DNA of 63,625 bases, filler included, from Rhabdomonas costata (Eukaryota), in the NCBI GenBank assembly GCA_019059605.1. It is 35 parts of 35 records of this genome, joined end to end, with 100 filler letters (N's around TTAATTAATTAA, not from the genome) between each part and the next. Parts side by side here need not be neighbours in the genome. Positions count along the whole stretch, not along the records: positions 60,086 to 61,805 come from JAHMHO010010099.1; positions 61,906 to 63,625 come from JAHMHO010010100.1; 33 more parts are not named here. The stretch is one strand, 5' to 3'. The notes below the pieces were generated by a model. It was not told the origin of the DNA, did not search any database, and worked only from the letters and a program-made list of their open reading frames with translations. This document shows, in pieces, positions 60,926 to 63,625 of the stretch (its first letter is position 1; the number at the start of each line of letters is the position of its first letter). Both the position numbers and the translations under genes were made by a program.

Positions 60926-62009
60926 GTATGCATAATGTTGGGGATTACACCCACAAAGAAAGAACAGTCAGCAAAGAAACAGGAGGGAACAGTCGAAGAA
61001 GCAGGTCCGGGGTCTTTTCACTGAATATTGGCCCTCCCGAAGGACGGTCCTTGCGTCCTCAAGCCGGTACCCACCCGTTCCCCTTGGCGGCTCTTCCTTT
61101 TTTATCTTGTGCGCTTCTTTCCCCACCGCAACAGAGGGTTTGCCACCCACAACTCATGTACAAAAGCCCACCTGCCTGTATACCCGCGAAACAGTTAGAG
61201 CTTGTCGTGTAAAGCCGTAAGTGACTGTGGAGGGAGCACGAAGTCATATGAACCCTGAACAGCTTTTGCGCGGCAGCGGTTGGGTCGCAAAGTTTGGAGA
61301 TATTTTCAAGCTGACTGGGCAAAAAAAATTTTCTTGCCCGCTGTATTGGTTTAACCAGCTTCTTTTTAGCTCTGAGTTTACGACCCTTATGAGCTGTAAC
61401 GGCCCAATGGAAGTTGTGTGTGGGTAACGGTTACCAAGAAAACTGGCGAAAAATTTTTTTTGCTAAATTACCTTAAAGGGGTGACGTAAAGCATGCCAGC
61501 ACTCTGTCGAACTGACTGAATTTTGTGTAAGGGGGTTAGGTAAGCTTTGCCAGTGCCCCCTAGATGATTGTTTTTGCTTAGCAGCTGAAAACTACTGGAT
61601 AAGGACTCGCCAATGGTTGGGATATGGGCGGACGAGTAGGACAGCAATAGTTTAGGGACGAAGGCCAGTCCGCGCCGCGGCTGGAGCGAGCGGCTGGGGC
61701 GGGGACGTGACCTGGGGGCCCTTTAACAACTTTTATAAATAGGCTCACATCGTTGAAATTGTTACCACTGATAACTGTTACCACCCCCCCCCTGCCAACC
61801 ACACANNNNNNNNNNNNNNNNNNNNNNNNNNNNNNNNNNNNNNNNNNNNTTAATTAATTAANNNNNNNNNNNNNNNNNNNNNNNNNNNNNNNNNNNNNNN
61901 NNNNNTGCTAAAGGTGGTGAGCATGGATAAGGCATGCCCATCGATAAGGGAGATAGGATATCGGATCGGTAAGTTTTGGTGACTTATGTGCACGGGTGGG
62001 AGGCTTCAC

Positions 62010-62117
62010 CTGCATCTGTGCCTTTTCGTCGGAGGCAGCCGCACGCTCCAGGTCAGCCAGACGTTCCCGGAGGGCAGCAGAGGCCGGGGGCTCAGCCCGC
62101 AGCCCACGACCAGACAT
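62010..62117 (-). CDS. Possible first exon, unknown protein
   Basis: ctgtag acceptor shortly before the ATG, MSGRGLRAEPPASAALRERLADLERAAASDEKAQMQ, donor gtgaag. Confidence 0.4.
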
Positions 62118-63625
62118 TTGTTCTCAAAGCTACAGGGCAATGCACACAGTACTAGCAGAACAACGGACACTGTCTGAAATCCAGAGGGGGTTGCCATAAT
62201 GACCCACATCGTTGAGGAAAGAAGGGTACAGGCACTCACGGAGGGCATACAATGGAGCAACGGTATACTTTGTGGGTTCAAGTGCACAGGCGCGGCGGTT
62301 TTGCCGATTACAAAAACAAAAGAGGAATGTACCAAACGCACAGGATTTCATCCCCAGCACCTACTGGGAGATGAAAAGTTGTGTAGAACCCAATAACAAA
62401 ACGAAACAGATCCCCAACCCTCCACTGCCACGCATCAATTGATCAGTGGTAAGAGTATGTTAGAGGTGACCCACCTGCAATCTACCCACCCTGTTGCAAG
62501 AAGGCCTTCCGATTTAACCTGACCCACGCTGCGAAAGTTGCGTAGAACCCACTGCCCCCCAACCTGCAGTCGACAGCTGCACTGCAGGAAGGGGGATCAG
62601 GCACCACGAAAGCATGTTGTACTGCCTATGAGGTATAGAATTCCTGCCCCATCCCCTTCCATTTGGAAGTTCCTGTGCAGAGGGAAAGTATTTCGGCACG
62701 GTAAGCCAAACAACACAAGCAGATACAACAAGTGTACGGGCCACACGAGCATCATGCATGTGTCCCGGGTACAGCTTTCCATGAAATGAGCGGGAAAAGA
62801 ACTCGGGTCTTCCAGCAGAAGCGCTATTCAAAAAATAGCTAGCAAAGTATCATCACAACTCACCAAAGCATCATGGGGTAATCGGGATGTGACCTTGACC
62901 TTCCTTGCTGGGACTCAGACGTGGGCCCTTCCTCCACTCCCACTAGCCATGTGCCACTGAGTGGCATTTTGATGGGCTCACGGCATTCCACCGACAAAGC
63001 GGAAGGGGAAGCATTGCTCTTGGGTGGCCGTCAAGCCCAATTCGTAGCGAAATAAGCTTCCGGCATCCAACGCTTTCAAGCCGTCGACCGAAGAGCGGCC
63101 AAGAAAAAAGGGTGGGAGGTGGCCGAAGCGAAGAAAAATCACTCAAGCAGTGAAGAGAGCGCACATGAAAAACTGCGTTCAACTTCACGATGCACCTGCA
63201 GCTTCTCGTCGGCAAACACATTGCAAGCCGATCAAAAAACTCAATCAATTTCGAGAAAAAAGATACGATAGGAGCGGTGTGTTCTATTCATCTGTGTATT
63301 TCGTGAACCAAACACGTAGGAGGCCTGGGAGAGAGGGATAGGGATTACAACAAACAGACGCAAGTGCCATGTGCCGGTCGCGTAGCCCACGGCTATGCAA
63401 GAATCTCACCAGTTGTCCGACGCACGAAGCACTGCAGCAGCAAACTTGTTCCGAAAATGATCGCCTTTGTCCCGCGAACTCAGATAAAGATAGCATTGGC
63501 ACCGACCTTTCAGGAAGGCTAGACAAAGATAGAAGCCGCATGCACAAGTACAGGAGCGAATGCAAAAAGTGAACAAACGTCCCGGAACAACATTTGACCC
63601 AAAAATAAGCAGCTACCCACCACAC

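Noticed and set aside
61319-61463. Imperfect 15-bp inverted repeat (gcaaaaaaaattttc / gaaaaattttttttgc) as MITE ends
   Set aside because: Low-complexity A/T arms, no clear TSD and no second copy in the window.
1724-61905. Regularly spaced TTAATTAATTAA repeat as a CRISPR-like or satellite array; ORFs ending in XXX-LIN
   Set aside because: Synthetic all-frame-stop linker inside N runs; not biological.

Overview
This window is not one locus. It is 35 unrelated ~1.7-kb contigs joined by 34 artificial 100-bp linkers (44 N + TTAATTAATTAA + 44 N), so adjacency across a linker means nothing. Contig starts are mostly G/T-only and ends A/C-only, and six ends carry fold-back hairpins whose outermost bases are converted to G/T. 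This is the signature of degenerate G/T-primer whole-genome amplification. The DNA is eukaryotic: short GC3-rich exons with GT-AG and GC-AG introns. A kinetoplastid-like UDP-glucose pyrophosphorylase that nevertheless has cis-introns points to a euglenid or other non-kinetoplastid euglenozoan (inference). Exons spliced by eye give fragments of UGPase, a DnaJ protein, C2CD5, striatin, NTMT1, an inositol polyphosphate kinase, an EF-hand protein, a clathrin-adaptor-motif protein and a kinase with an aberrant catalytic loop. Three genes carry bacterial-type sensory domains in intron-containing form: a signal-peptide BMP/PnrA solute-binding domain, a FixL-like heme-PAS domain and a COG3899-type STAND ATPase. 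Decayed retroelements include two copies of a DIRS-group RT-RNase H family, two copies of a Ty3/Gypsy family, a CRE-like RLE non-LTR element and a tRNA-like SINE head. An unexplained GATGC-rich dispersed sequence family occurs in three contigs. All homology calls come from motif recognition; no database search was run.
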